From Candidatus Hydrogenedentota bacterium (GTDB taxonomy: Bacteria > Hydrogenedentota > Hydrogenedentia > Hydrogenedentales > SLHB01): 64,000 bases of DNA. Positions within the stretch are counted from its first letter, which is position 1. Every line of letters starts with the position of its first letter. Made by a program: the position numbers and the translations under genes. The notes under the pieces are model-generated. The model did not search any database, was not told where the DNA came from, and was given only the letters and a program-made list of their open reading frames with translations. Of the stretch, positions 19,870 to 29,800 are shown piece by piece. The stretch covers positions 64,001 through 128,000 of the forward strand of contig CAXXTH010000018.1 of NCBI GenBank assembly GCA_963668025.2, in the 5' to 3' direction.

Positions 19870-20755
19870 CAGGATGAAAACAGGAAACGCCCGGCGCCGC
19901 TGGATGAATGGCCTTTTTCTCGCGCCATTTCTACTCTTGTTTTTGATGTGGGGCATCGCACCGATCATCACCGGTTTCGCAATCAGCTTCACGAAGTGGG
20001 ACGTGTTTTCCGGCGAAGTGCATTTTGTAGGAATCTCGAATTACCTGCGTATCCTGGACGATGACATCTTGCCCATCGCATTGTGGAACACCATCAAGTA
20101 CACCTTCCTGACCGTGCTATTCGGAAACGCATTGAGCTTCGTCCTCGCTTACGGGTTAGCCCGGGATATCAAGGGCAAGACCATCTTCCAGACGATCTGT
20201 TTCGCCCCCGTCGTACTGTCAATCGGCGTTACTGGCGTCGTCTGGGCCTGGATGTACAACACCGACTTTGGCATCCTCAACTATTGGCTTGGCCAGATAG
20301 GAATACCACCGATCCATTGGCTGACAAACCCAAGCACGGCTATGTACGCCATCGTGGCCATGGTCGTTTGGGCGAGCGCCGGATTCAACATGATGATCTA
20401 CTTGGCGGGCCTGCTCAATGTGCCGCCGAGTCTATATGAAGCCGCCGAAATCGATGGGGCGAACGCCTGGAAACAACTGCTTAACATCACCCTGCCCTTG
20501 ATGAAATACACGTTCGCATTCACCCTGACCATTTCCACGATCGGAAGCCTTCAGGTATTCGACCAACCCTATATTCTGACCGGAGGCGGGCCGGATTATG
20601 CGACGCACACACTCGTCTACCACATTTACAGCCACGGATTCAGGTATTTCCGCATAGGATACGCATCCGCTTTGTCTTTCTTCCTGGCCGTGATCATCTG
20701 CGGCTTTTCGTTTTTCCAATACTGGGTTTTCACTCGCAGACGCACGGAGCTTTGA
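19859..20755 (+). CDS. Carbohydrate ABC transporter permease (MalF-like)
   Basis: TM helices; EAA loop LYEAAEIDGA; TGGGP. Confidence 0.92.
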   Translation: MATDRMKTGNARRRWMNGLFLAPFLLLFLMWGIAPIITGFAISFTKWDVFSGEVHFVGISNYLRILDDDILPIALWNTIKYTFLTVLFGNALSFVLAYGLARDIKGKTIFQTICFAPVVLSIGVTGVVWAWMYNTDFGILNYWLGQIGIPPIHWLTNPSTAMYAIVAMVVWASAGFNMMIYLAGLLNVPPSLYEAAEIDGANAWKQLLNITLPLMKYTFAFTLTISTIGSLQVFDQPYILTGGGPDYATHTLVYHIYSHGFRYFRIGYASALSFFLAVIICGFSFFQYWVFTRRRTEL

Positions 20756-20761
20756 GCGGCA

Positions 20762-21595
20762 ATGATGAGGCATAAGCGGATGGCCAACTGGGTGTGGGTG
20801 TTGCTGATGGCATCGCTCTCTTTCCTAATGCTTGTGCCGTTATTATTCATGCTGGGAACATCGTTCAAGCACAATCAAGACGTATATGAGTTCCCTATCC
20901 GCATTATTCCACAACACCCAACCGTTGAGAGCTACACGGAGCTGTTCAGCCGCCCGGGCATTCCGGTCTTGCGCTGGTTCTTGAACAGCTTGTATGTAAC
21001 CGCAGTCGTGACCGTGTTGACGCTTATAATAGACTCCATGGCGGCTTTCGGCTTTTCCCGCCTTGATATCCCTTGGAAGAAACCTCTCTTTATAGTCGTT
21101 ATTGCATCCATGATGATCCCCTTCCCTTCCACGTTGATCCCCGCTTATGTCTTTCTGCAGAAACTGGGCTGGCTGGATACCTACAAGGCGCTCATTATCC
21201 CCACGCTGGCCGGTCCGTTTGGAGTGTTTCTACTTAAGCAGTTTTTTGACACCATTCCACGTGAACTCGAAGAGGCCGCCATCGTGGACGGATGCTCGAA
21301 AATGGGCCTATACTTTCGGATCATCCTCCCCTTGTCGCGATCAGTTGTCGCTACGCTGAGCATTTTCGTTTTCATGGGCACGTGGAACTCGTTTCTGTGG
21401 CCGCTCATCGTCACCAACTCATTACCCATGCGGACGCTTCCGGTAGGGCTGACCATTTTCAACGGCCAGTTCTGGGCGGAACACGCACTTGTTATGGCGG
21501 GAGCGACGGTATGTGCGGCGCCCGTCCTCATCGCCTTCATGCTGTTTCAGAAGCATATCGTGAAGGGAATCACGATGGGCGGCCTCAAGGGTTGA
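20762..21595 (+). CDS. Carbohydrate ABC transporter permease (MalG-like)
   Basis: IPRELEEAAIVDG, WNSFLWPL, terminal GGLKG. Confidence 0.92.
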   Translation: MMRHKRMANWVWVLLMASLSFLMLVPLLFMLGTSFKHNQDVYEFPIRIIPQHPTVESYTELFSRPGIPVLRWFLNSLYVTAVVTVLTLIIDSMAAFGFSRLDIPWKKPLFIVVIASMMIPFPSTLIPAYVFLQKLGWLDTYKALIIPTLAGPFGVFLLKQFFDTIPRELEEAAIVDGCSKMGLYFRIILPLSRSVVATLSIFVFMGTWNSFLWPLIVTNSLPMRTLPVGLTIFNGQFWAEHALVMAGATVCAAPVLIAFMLFQKHIVKGITMGGLKG

Positions 21596-21893
21596 AGAAT
21601 TTGCTGAGGATGCGAGCGCATGGGAAATCAGGAATTCTATGTTTGCCTGTAGCCGCTCGAAGCTCGTTGGTACATATTATGAATCCAGATGCAGCCAACT
21701 GAATTGGTAAGTGTGATTATGGATTGCAGAACGCCGTTATGGCCCTGGAAGAGCCAACCGTGAATAGCCGTGGATTGAAGTGAAGCGGAAACCGACGGCT
21801 CTATGCCACCCTTTGAACGAACATGAAGATGGATATTTTTTGACTCTAGCGGGAGTGCAATGACTTGCCGCCATTTTGATTGGCAAAACTTTT

Positions 21894-23024
21894 TTATGAA
21901 GCAGGTTCTCCTTTTTCCACTGCCGCCGCCACCGATTCCGCGACCCGGCTGCCGAAATCGCTTGTGCTGATCACCGTGCGCTCCCCATCGGGCTGGCCTA
22001 GATCGGGGGTGGTGAAGCCCGCGCCAAACACCTGGCGCATGGCGTCCCAAATCCATCGTGCCTCACGCTCCATGCCGAAGCTCTTGTCGAGCATCATCGC
22101 CACGCTGCCGATCATAGAATACGGATTCGCCACTCCTTTTCCGGCGATGTCCGGCGCGGAACCATGGGAAGGCTCATACAGGGCCTTTTCATCCCCCATG
22201 CTCGCGGAAGGCATCAGCCCCAGCGAACCGAGCAGGCCGCCGCCAAGGTCGCTCAAAATATCTCCAAACATATTTTCCATGACCATGACATCAAACTGGC
22301 GGGGATTTAATACCAGCGCCGTCGAAGCCGCGTCCACGATGATATGGCGCAATTCCACATCCGGATACGCTTGGGCCACCTCTTCCACCACGGCGTTCCA
22401 CAACACGCTGGATTTCAACACATTGCTCTTATGCACATTATGCAGCAGCTTGCGCCGCCGCCGGGCTTCCTGGAACGCGATCACCAGCACTCGCCGGATC
22501 TGTTCCTCATCGTACTCGAGCGTCTCCCGTACATAACGATAGCCAAGGCTATTAATCCCTTCTTCCTTCTCACCGAAATAGAGCCCCCCCACCAATTCTC
22601 GGATCATCATGATGTCGATGCCATCCTGCACCACGGAAGGTTTGAGCGGGGAGAAATGGGCCAGCTCTGGCGGCAAATAAACAGGCCGGAAATTCGCAAA
22701 GGTGTGGTACCGGCGGCGCATGGGCAGCAAGCCCGCGCGTTCGGGCTGCTGGTCAATAGGAATGCGCTTCGATTCGGCATAACTCAGCCCAATCGGGCCT
22801 TTGAGTATGGCGTCCGCAGCGTCGCACACCGCCATGGTTTCCTCGGGAAAGGCCGAGCCCGTCTTAAAATAGGCGTTTCCCCCAAACAAAGCATACTTCA
22901 GCTCAAATCCGATAGACTCCGATTCGAGCGCTTTCAGCACTTTCACTGCCTCGGCTATGATTTCCGGACCGATGCCATCCCCCTCGAGCACGGCTATCGT
23001 GTATATGCGCCTGTCTTTGCCCAT
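21894..23024 (-). CDS. leuB: 3-isopropylmalate dehydrogenase
   Basis: GDGIGPEI, RELVGGLYFG, ENMFGDILSD, LYEPSHGSAPDIAGKGVANP; AGGAGG RBS before ATG 23024. Confidence 0.92.
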   Translation of the reverse strand: MGKDRRIYTIAVLEGDGIGPEIIAEAVKVLKALESESIGFELKYALFGGNAYFKTGSAFPEETMAVCDAADAILKGPIGLSYAESKRIPIDQQPERAGLLPMRRRYHTFANFRPVYLPPELAHFSPLKPSVVQDGIDIMMIRELVGGLYFGEKEEGINSLGYRYVRETLEYDEEQIRRVLVIAFQEARRRRKLLHNVHKSNVLKSSVLWNAVVEEVAQAYPDVELRHIIVDAASTALVLNPRQFDVMVMENMFGDILSDLGGGLLGSLGLMPSASMGDEKALYEPSHGSAPDIAGKGVANPYSMIGSVAMMLDKSFGMEREARWIWDAMRQVFGAGFTTPDLGQPDGERTVISTSDFGSRVAESVAAAVEKGEPAS

Positions 23025-23422
23025 GGTTGGAGCCTCCTGTCGGCGTGCGTAACGGTTCAATGCGACAAATCATCATAAAGAGGATGTAGCGTAGCATTCC
23101 AGAGCATTCCAGGTCCAGATTGTAGGATAAGCAGGATAAGCCAAGGTGAATCGCATCAGAAACACACCTTTTCTCATCCTTCCTGCCCGCCTCTTAGCAA
23201 TCCTGTGAAAAAACCATCGTTTGCAAATCACATGTGAAAATCGAAACCTATTTTATGTAAAAAAATTATAAAATAACTTTTAAATATTCAATATTTTTCA
23301 CATAATTCAGATCCATTCGCCCTCAAAACCACCATCCCAACAGCTTACGCCCCTGGAACGCAAATTCATAACTTATTTTATTACAATGTGTTAAGATGTT
23401 TTGATAACAACAAAGAAAATAC

Positions 23423-23451
23423 TTGTAATTCTTTCACGAAAAAGTTATGAT
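23423..23451 (+). promoter_or_regulatory. Sigma70-like promoter of surface protein copy 1
   Basis: TTGTAA-N17-TATGAT. Confidence 0.6.
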
Positions 23452-23526
23452 ATGTGCAATGAGGCGATAATTTAACAACTTAACTTAAGCTTTGGAATGG
23501 AAAAAACAACAACGGAGGGGTAAAAA

Positions 23527-24534
23527 ATGAGACGAGGACAATTCGCATTCTTTTTAGCCATTGCTATCGCGGTATGCGGCGCGGCATGGGCGGGTACGTC
23601 CACCAGCAGTTTTGATGACGGCACATTCGGAGACTTTCATCTAGCAGGAACCATCAGTGGCCAAACCACGATACAAAGTGGACAGGCCGTGATCACCTGT
23701 TCTGGCTGGTCTGCGGAAGGACTGGAATTCGGCCAATTGCCTGTATCGGGAGATTTCACTTTCGATATGAAATTCGATATCGCCAAGACCATCGAATTAT
23801 CGAGCCCGATCACCGGCTATCCAATCGAGGTCTACATCAGCATGTGGGCCGGGTCCGAACAGTACCTGTTTTTTGGGGTGATTTCATCGGAAACAGTAGG
23901 CTCGTTCACCACGGTGGATCCCGTGAATGGCACAGTGGCCAGCGCGGAAACATTCGATCCCTCGACGACGTCCGTGCTGAATATGCACATCGCCCGCACG
24001 AGCACGAATTGGGTTATGTCGGCCCAACCTGACGCTCTAGACGTGATTACGCTGGTGGATATCACCTGCGGAACAGGCGACTTAGGCCAATTCCAAATAC
24101 CTTCTTTGAGCGCCAGCACCAATGGCAGCGCTGTCATGGATGATTTCATCATGACCGGTCCGGACATCGCTGACTATCCTGCTACCGAGACACCTGAAAT
24201 CACCTGCAACGTCGATCCAGCCACGATACAATCGGGCAATAACGTCACCCTCACCGCCCCGGAAGGCAGCAGCTACAAATGGTTCAAGGACGGTACGGAA
24301 ATGGAAGGCGAGACCGGCCAGGTCTTGGAGTTCGGCTCGATCCAGGAAGGCGACGCGGGCGTATACACCTGCGAGTTCAACGACGGCACGGGCCTGGTAA
24401 CGACTGATCCGATTACCTTGGCCGTCGCCGCAGCCCCTGTCGGCGATCTGCCTGTCGCTTCTCTTCTTGGCCTTGGCATCCTGGCCGCGCTCTGCGGTTC
24501 CGCGGGGATGCGCTCTCTTAATAGAAAGAAATAA
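23527..24534 (+). CDS. Secreted surface protein with beta-rich N-domain, Ig-like domain and C-terminal sorting tail (paralog 1)
   Basis: Signal peptide; Ig motif VTLTAP..YKWFKDG..DAGVYTC; tail LPVASLLGLGILAALCGSAGMRSLNRKK. Confidence 0.85.
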   Translation: MRRGQFAFFLAIAIAVCGAAWAGTSTSSFDDGTFGDFHLAGTISGQTTIQSGQAVITCSGWSAEGLEFGQLPVSGDFTFDMKFDIAKTIELSSPITGYPIEVYISMWAGSEQYLFFGVISSETVGSFTTVDPVNGTVASAETFDPSTTSVLNMHIARTSTNWVMSAQPDALDVITLVDITCGTGDLGQFQIPSLSASTNGSAVMDDFIMTGPDIADYPATETPEITCNVDPATIQSGNNVTLTAPEGSSYKWFKDGTEMEGETGQVLEFGSIQEGDAGVYTCEFNDGTGLVTTDPITLAVAAAPVGDLPVASLLGLGILAALCGSAGMRSLNRKK

Positions 24535-24575
24535 CGCCGCCATCCTCGCCCAGGAGGCATGGAAAGGCGCATTCA

Positions 24576-24614
24576 CAAGAAGCCGCCGCTCACGGAGTGG
24601 CGGCTTCTTGCTTT
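24576..24614 (+). terminator. Rho-independent terminator
   Basis: CAAGAAGCCGCCGCTC-ACG-GAGTGGCGGCTTCTTG followed by CTTT. Confidence 0.8.
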
Positions 24615-24891
24615 ACATGCGCCTAATCCACCACAAGCAGCCGGATAAGCGAATCCCTTCTTTTGTTTGAGCTAACAGCGGTCGGCATAGCGCCCGCCAT
24701 GATACTTATAATTAGCATATTAGTTAATTTTAACTTCTTTTTCCCATGAATTACAACATGAATTAACAAATTTCTGCGCGTAAATTTTTCTTATATGGTT
24801 AGCTATTACTTAATATTTATAAAGAAAGAAAAGCGCGTAAAATATTATAAATTAATGCTTTATAGCATAAATAAAAGTAAGAAAATTGCAC

Positions 24892-24920
24892 TTGTAATCC
24901 GGCCCCCTTTGCGTTATAAT
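24892..24920 (+). promoter_or_regulatory. Sigma70-like promoter of surface protein copy 2
   Basis: TTGTAA-N17-TATAAT, same layout as the copy 1 promoter. Confidence 0.65.
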
Positions 24921-24995
24921 GTGTTAAATAATTTGATTATTTAACACAACAAATTAAACCTTAACCTAGAGAGAGAAAGTACGGAGGGGTAAAAA

Positions 24996-26003
24996 ATGAA
25001 AAAAGGTAAATTAGTGGTATCCTTAGGCATGGCGATCGCGCTATGTGGCGCGGCATGGGCGGGCACATCAACCACCGACTTTAATGACGGCACGTTCGGA
25101 TGCTTTCCCCGGGGCTTTAACACCGAAAACAACCAAACGACCATACAAAATGGACAGGCCGTGATTACATGCACAGGATGGTCCACGGAGGGGCTAGTCT
25201 TCAATCAGGTTGTGGCGGGGGATTTCTCTTTCGACATTACTTGCGACCTGGCAAAATCACTGGAGCTCACCGGCACATTAACAGACTTCCCCGTGGAACT
25301 ATATACAAGCTTAACCATTGGTGGTGTGGATGTATACCAATACTTTGTGGTGATCTCATCCGCAACAGAGGGAACACTCGCGACAGTGGATCCTGTGAAT
25401 GGCCTCGTATATAGTACAGAGCTCTTCGACCCTACCGCCGTATCCTTGATCAAAATTCACATCGAACGGTCTGCCAGCACCTATGTTATGACGGGACAAT
25501 ACGACGATGATCCCGTGATCACGCTGTCCAATGTAACGGGCACAACAGAAGACCTAACACTGTGTTATGTTGCGACTATGACCAATACTCCAAATGGCAG
25601 CATGGCTTTCGATGACCTGGTCGTAAGCGGCCCGAATGTACTGGATTATCCTGCGGCTGCGCCTGAAGTCACCTGCAATGTGGATCCAGCCACCATTGTA
25701 GCCGGGGCGAATGTCACGCTTACCGCCCCGGAAGGCAGCGAGTTCAAGTGGTTCAAAGACGGTGCGGAAATGACCGGTGAGACTGGACAGGTCTTGGAGT
25801 TCGGCTCCATCCAAGAAGGCGACGAGGGCGTATATACCTGCGAGTTCAACGATGGCACAGGCACGGTGACGACCGCTCCGATCACGTTGGTTGTCGCGGC
25901 TGCCCCTGTTGGCGATCTGCCTGCGGCTTCCATTCTTGGCCTTGGCATTCTGATCACGCTCTGCGGCGCTTCGGGAATGCGTTCAGTCAAAGGTAGAAAA
26001 TAA
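24996..26003 (+). CDS. Secreted surface protein with Ig-like domain and C-terminal sorting tail (paralog 2)
   Basis: Same 335-aa length and architecture as 23527-24534; identical ACGGAGGGGTAAAAAATGA leader. Confidence 0.85.
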   Translation: MKKGKLVVSLGMAIALCGAAWAGTSTTDFNDGTFGCFPRGFNTENNQTTIQNGQAVITCTGWSTEGLVFNQVVAGDFSFDITCDLAKSLELTGTLTDFPVELYTSLTIGGVDVYQYFVVISSATEGTLATVDPVNGLVYSTELFDPTAVSLIKIHIERSASTYVMTGQYDDDPVITLSNVTGTTEDLTLCYVATMTNTPNGSMAFDDLVVSGPNVLDYPAAAPEVTCNVDPATIVAGANVTLTAPEGSEFKWFKDGAEMTGETGQVLEFGSIQEGDEGVYTCEFNDGTGTVTTAPITLVVAAAPVGDLPAASILGLGILITLCGASGMRSVKGRK

Positions 26004-26030
26004 CACGCATGAAACATGATGTTTGAATTC

Positions 26031-26072
26031 GCAATAAGCTGCCTTTCATAACGAAAGGCAGCTTATTGCTTT
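26031..26072 (+). terminator. Rho-independent terminator
   Basis: GCAATAAGCTGCCTTTC-ATAAC-GAAAGGCAGCTTATTGC-TTT perfect 17-bp stem. Confidence 0.82.
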
Positions 26073-26114
26073 AGCGTAGGCGAATGAACACACGCTGTAT
26101 CAAAGGAGAAGCCC

Positions 26115-27545
26115 ATGAGCCGATATTGGTGTTTACTTGCGGTGTTAAGTGTAGCCGCATCCGTTACGGCCGCCCCGGCCGCAGCCACGGACACGTCGCT
26201 TTCCATCACCGTGGACGCAGGCAAAGTCATCGGTTCCATCAACAAAGGCCTGTTAGGGGTGAACCACGGCCCGCTGGCTTTTTACAACGAAAACACCGTC
26301 CTTGCGGAACGGAAAGCAGTTGATCTATCCGCTTATTACAAGACGATAGGAATCCGCTCCGTCCGGCTTGATGAATTCGCCAGCATCGATATCCAGCAAT
26401 TATTCCCTGACTTTTCCGCCGATCCACAAGACCCAGCGAAGTATGCTTTCGCCGATGCGGACAAGTACTTAAAAGCCATTTGTGATGTTGGAGCCGAGAT
26501 CGTTTTCCGGCTGGGCTATAGTGAAAAGCCCAAACGAGTCGACCCGCCCAGCGATTTCAACAAATGGGCCGAGGTCATGGTGCAGGTGATCAAGCACTAC
26601 AACGCCGGATGGGCGGATGGTTATACCTGGAACATCAAGCACTGGGAAGTTTGGAATGAACCCAGCGGGTTAGGTTGGACCGGCACGCCGCTCGAGTATT
26701 GCGCGTTATACGAGGCCACGGTGAAAAAAATCAAGGAATATGACCCCTCCCTGCAAGTGGGAGGCCCGGCGCTGGGCGCTCCTGATCCTCAGAAAGATAT
26801 AGAGTTCGCCGAGTTATTTATCAAATATTGTGCGGAACGCCAACTGCCGCTGGATTTCTTTTCGTGGCATTGCTACGGCACACGCCCGCAAAATTTCATT
26901 GAACCGGCGGAACGCCATAGAAAAAACCTGGATGCGGCAGGATATACACAAACCAAATCGTTCCTTACCGAATGGGGCTGGTTGAGCGGCGTGGCCTATT
27001 ATCCCCCTCCTGTGATTGATATGGCAGGAATCCAGGACGCGGCGGCGGATATCGCCATCATGGCATCTCTTCACAACCGTGTTGATTTGGCGCATTTTTA
27101 TGTAGGCGGCGCGATGGACCGGTATCCCTGGGGATTGTTTGACTTCGTCCAGTCCAATCTGCAAGTCGTCGGGAAACCGAGAAAATCCTATTACGCGTTC
27201 AAGGCCTTCGGCCTTTTGGCGGCAAACACTCTTCGCCTCGATTGCGCCGCAACACCAGATGTGGATAGTGGAGGCTGTGCGGTGATGGCCAGTATGAATG
27301 AAGAAAAGACGAATATTACCATCATATTAGCCAATTACGGCACCTCCACGAAACATTATACCGTCGCCTTGGCCAACATCCCCTGGATCACGCCCACATC
27401 CATCCAGATCCGGGCGCTCGACCGCACCCGTGACCTCGAAATGGTTCGGGAGGCCGAAGAGCTGGATCTGCCCCATACCCCTATCGAGCTGGACGTGGAA
27501 ATTCCATCTGTTTACTTGATTCGGCTCGCGCCGTGGGGATTATAG
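26115..27545 (+). CDS. Secreted glycoside hydrolase, GH39 family
   Basis: Signal peptide; WEVWNEP, VGGPA, PLDFFSWH, TEWG. Confidence 0.85.
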   Translation: MSRYWCLLAVLSVAASVTAAPAAATDTSLSITVDAGKVIGSINKGLLGVNHGPLAFYNENTVLAERKAVDLSAYYKTIGIRSVRLDEFASIDIQQLFPDFSADPQDPAKYAFADADKYLKAICDVGAEIVFRLGYSEKPKRVDPPSDFNKWAEVMVQVIKHYNAGWADGYTWNIKHWEVWNEPSGLGWTGTPLEYCALYEATVKKIKEYDPSLQVGGPALGAPDPQKDIEFAELFIKYCAERQLPLDFFSWHCYGTRPQNFIEPAERHRKNLDAAGYTQTKSFLTEWGWLSGVAYYPPPVIDMAGIQDAAADIAIMASLHNRVDLAHFYVGGAMDRYPWGLFDFVQSNLQVVGKPRKSYYAFKAFGLLAANTLRLDCAATPDVDSGGCAVMASMNEEKTNITIILANYGTSTKHYTVALANIPWITPTSIQIRALDRTRDLEMVREAEELDLPHTPIELDVEIPSVYLIRLAPWGL

Positions 27546-27587
27546 GGCCATTCAAATCACACAGCGCTTGTTTGACATTATTGGAAA

Positions 27588-27653
27588 ATGAGCCACAGGA
27601 GGCGCAAAAGACACTAGAATCAATTCCTTCTTGTGTCTTTTGCGCCTCTTGAG
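27588..27653. repeat. REP-like palindromic element, related to 59401-59467
   Basis: ATGAGCCACAGGAGGCGCAAAAGACAC...GTGTCTTTTGCGCCTCTTGAG hairpin. Confidence 0.7.
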
Positions 27654-28067
27654 TTTATTCTTGGACACGGATACTTCCTGATTGGGCACGTTTCAATCAT
27701 TTCGAGCAAGCTTCACAAAAATGTGATTTCATATGTTATATAATATCTTATAAGCACATGTTTTTTCGTATATCGAACGGAGATACTTTTCTTCATGAAT
27801 GATTCCTATTTGTCAATTACTTAATATACTCAGGAATTCCATATTGCCGATCATCGGCATAACCATATCATTAGCCTTGACACATCATGATAATAATTGA
27901 TAATATTTCATCGTTACAAACAAAATATTGACTGATAATTTGGAAATTAGTACGTGAATTAGACGGGTGCTCTCTTCTATACTCTCAATCGGGGAAAGCA
28001 TAGGCATGGGTTACCGGAGATTTGCGGAACAACCACATCGGGCAGAATGAAAAGGAGTGGCATCCTC

Positions 28068-29774
28068 ATGAGCGAAAGTCATATCAACGCCACCAAGAAT
28101 CTGGACAAGCTGTATGAATTTGAGCGGGCGCCCGTCACGCAGGATCGCCTGCAACCGGGACGGTATTTCGCCGGATTGTTCGCGGGCGAGCATGTCGCGG
28201 GAACGGAATTCGTCATCGGCGCGACCTTCGTGGCGTGGGGCGTCAATGCATACGATGTATTCATTGGCTTGCTGCTCGGCAACATCATGGCGGTCCTCAC
28301 TTGGACCCTCGTATGTGCGCCTATCGCCGTTGGCACGCGGCTGACACTGTATTGGTATTTACGCCGGATCGCCGGTCCTGCGACGACTGTGGTGTATAAC
28401 ATTCTTAATGCTGTCCTCTTCTGTATTCTGGCGGGATGTATGATTACCGTATCCGCATCCGCCGTGCGCATTCCGTTTGGAATACCCGCCCAAGTGCATT
28501 GGTATCCCGAGGATATACGCTTTGTATTCGTCGTACTGGGCCTTGGTGCGTTTGTAGTCGCCCTCGCCATCCTCGGTTTCAAGAAACTGGCCCAATTCTC
28601 CTATATTTGCTCGCCATGGCTGTTCGTCATGTTTCTTGGAGGCGCACTCGTTGTATTGCCATGCTTAGCCATGAATATGGATGGCGGCGGCCAGATTCGT
28701 TCGTGGCAGGATTTCTGGACCATCGCCAACAAGATGATCTGGACCGGCCAGGCGCCAGCAGGCAAAGAAAGCGTCACCTTCTGGCAAGTGGCCGCCTTTG
28801 CGTGGATATGTAATTTGGCCATGAACGCTGGACTGTCCGATATGGCCTTGCTACGGTACGCCAAATCTTCTTCTTACGGACTCTACACCGCATTTGGCAT
28901 GTTATTTGGGCACTACCTAGCGTGGATCTTCGCGGGGATCATGGGAGCAGGCTCCGCAATCATTTTGAAGACGGTTATCCAGCAGCTTGACGCTGGTGAT
29001 GTAGCGTATAATGCATTAGGTTTCAGCGGCATCATCGCTGTTATTCTCGCGGGATGGACGACCTCGAATCCCACCATGTACCGGGCGGGTTTAGCATTCC
29101 AGGCCATCACCCCCGGCTGGCCGCGCTGGCTCGTGACACTCGTAGCGGGCATCGCGACCACCATCATCGCCGCGTTTCCTTTCGTATTCACAAGGCTCCT
29201 CGATTTCGTGGGATGGTATGGATTGCTCCTCATGCCCGTGGGAGCCATTGTCTTCACGGAACACTGGATATTCCCGAAAATCGGCCTCACCCGGTATTGG
29301 GCCGCGTACAAGAATCTCACGCTGAGCTGGCCCGCCTTGGCAAGCTGGGTAATCGCCATCGCCACCGCATTCGTACTGGAACGGACAGGAGCTATCCATC
29401 TGTTCTATCTGTTCGTACCTATTTGGTGCCTCACTTCCGTTCTCTACATTGTGCTGAGCATGTTCTCGGGCGCTTCCAAAAAATATCCGGGCCAGCCAGA
29501 GCCCTTCACTAATGATGAGGTCGCACCTGCCATCGCAAGCGTAGCCGCCCGTCCCAATAAACCCGCAGGAAAGGATATGCTCTGCATGGTTTCACGGGTA
29601 GCGGCGATTCTATCGCTGGCGGTGTGTTTGTTCTTAGCAATCTGGGTGTTCGTTGCAAGCCCAGATGTCTACGAAGCGCGTTTTGACCTGTTCAAAAAGA
29701 TCCTCATCATCCCGAGCCTGATTTATTTCGTCAGTGCGACCATTTGGGTGGTGCGTGAGGATGTGGAGATTTAA
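28068..29774 (+). CDS. NCS1 / purine-cytosine permease-like membrane transporter
   Basis: Many TM helices; GEHVAGTEFVIG, GWTTSNPTMYRAG; AAAGGAG RBS before ATG 28068. Confidence 0.78.
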   Translation: MSESHINATKNLDKLYEFERAPVTQDRLQPGRYFAGLFAGEHVAGTEFVIGATFVAWGVNAYDVFIGLLLGNIMAVLTWTLVCAPIAVGTRLTLYWYLRRIAGPATTVVYNILNAVLFCILAGCMITVSASAVRIPFGIPAQVHWYPEDIRFVFVVLGLGAFVVALAILGFKKLAQFSYICSPWLFVMFLGGALVVLPCLAMNMDGGGQIRSWQDFWTIANKMIWTGQAPAGKESVTFWQVAAFAWICNLAMNAGLSDMALLRYAKSSSYGLYTAFGMLFGHYLAWIFAGIMGAGSAIILKTVIQQLDAGDVAYNALGFSGIIAVILAGWTTSNPTMYRAGLAFQAITPGWPRWLVTLVAGIATTIIAAFPFVFTRLLDFVGWYGLLLMPVGAIVFTEHWIFPKIGLTRYWAAYKNLTLSWPALASWVIAIATAFVLERTGAIHLFYLFVPIWCLTSVLYIVLSMFSGASKKYPGQPEPFTNDEVAPAIASVAARPNKPAGKDMLCMVSRVAAILSLAVCLFLAIWVFVASPDVYEARFDLFKKILIIPSLIYFVSATIWVVREDVEI

Positions 29775-29800
29775 CCGGCTGGCATGAAAGGATTGCTCAC

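Noticed and set aside
27876-27912. Fur-box-like GATAAT repeats over a TTGACA promoter upstream of the permease
   Set aside because: Only about 12/19 match in very AT-rich DNA and no iron-related gene follows.
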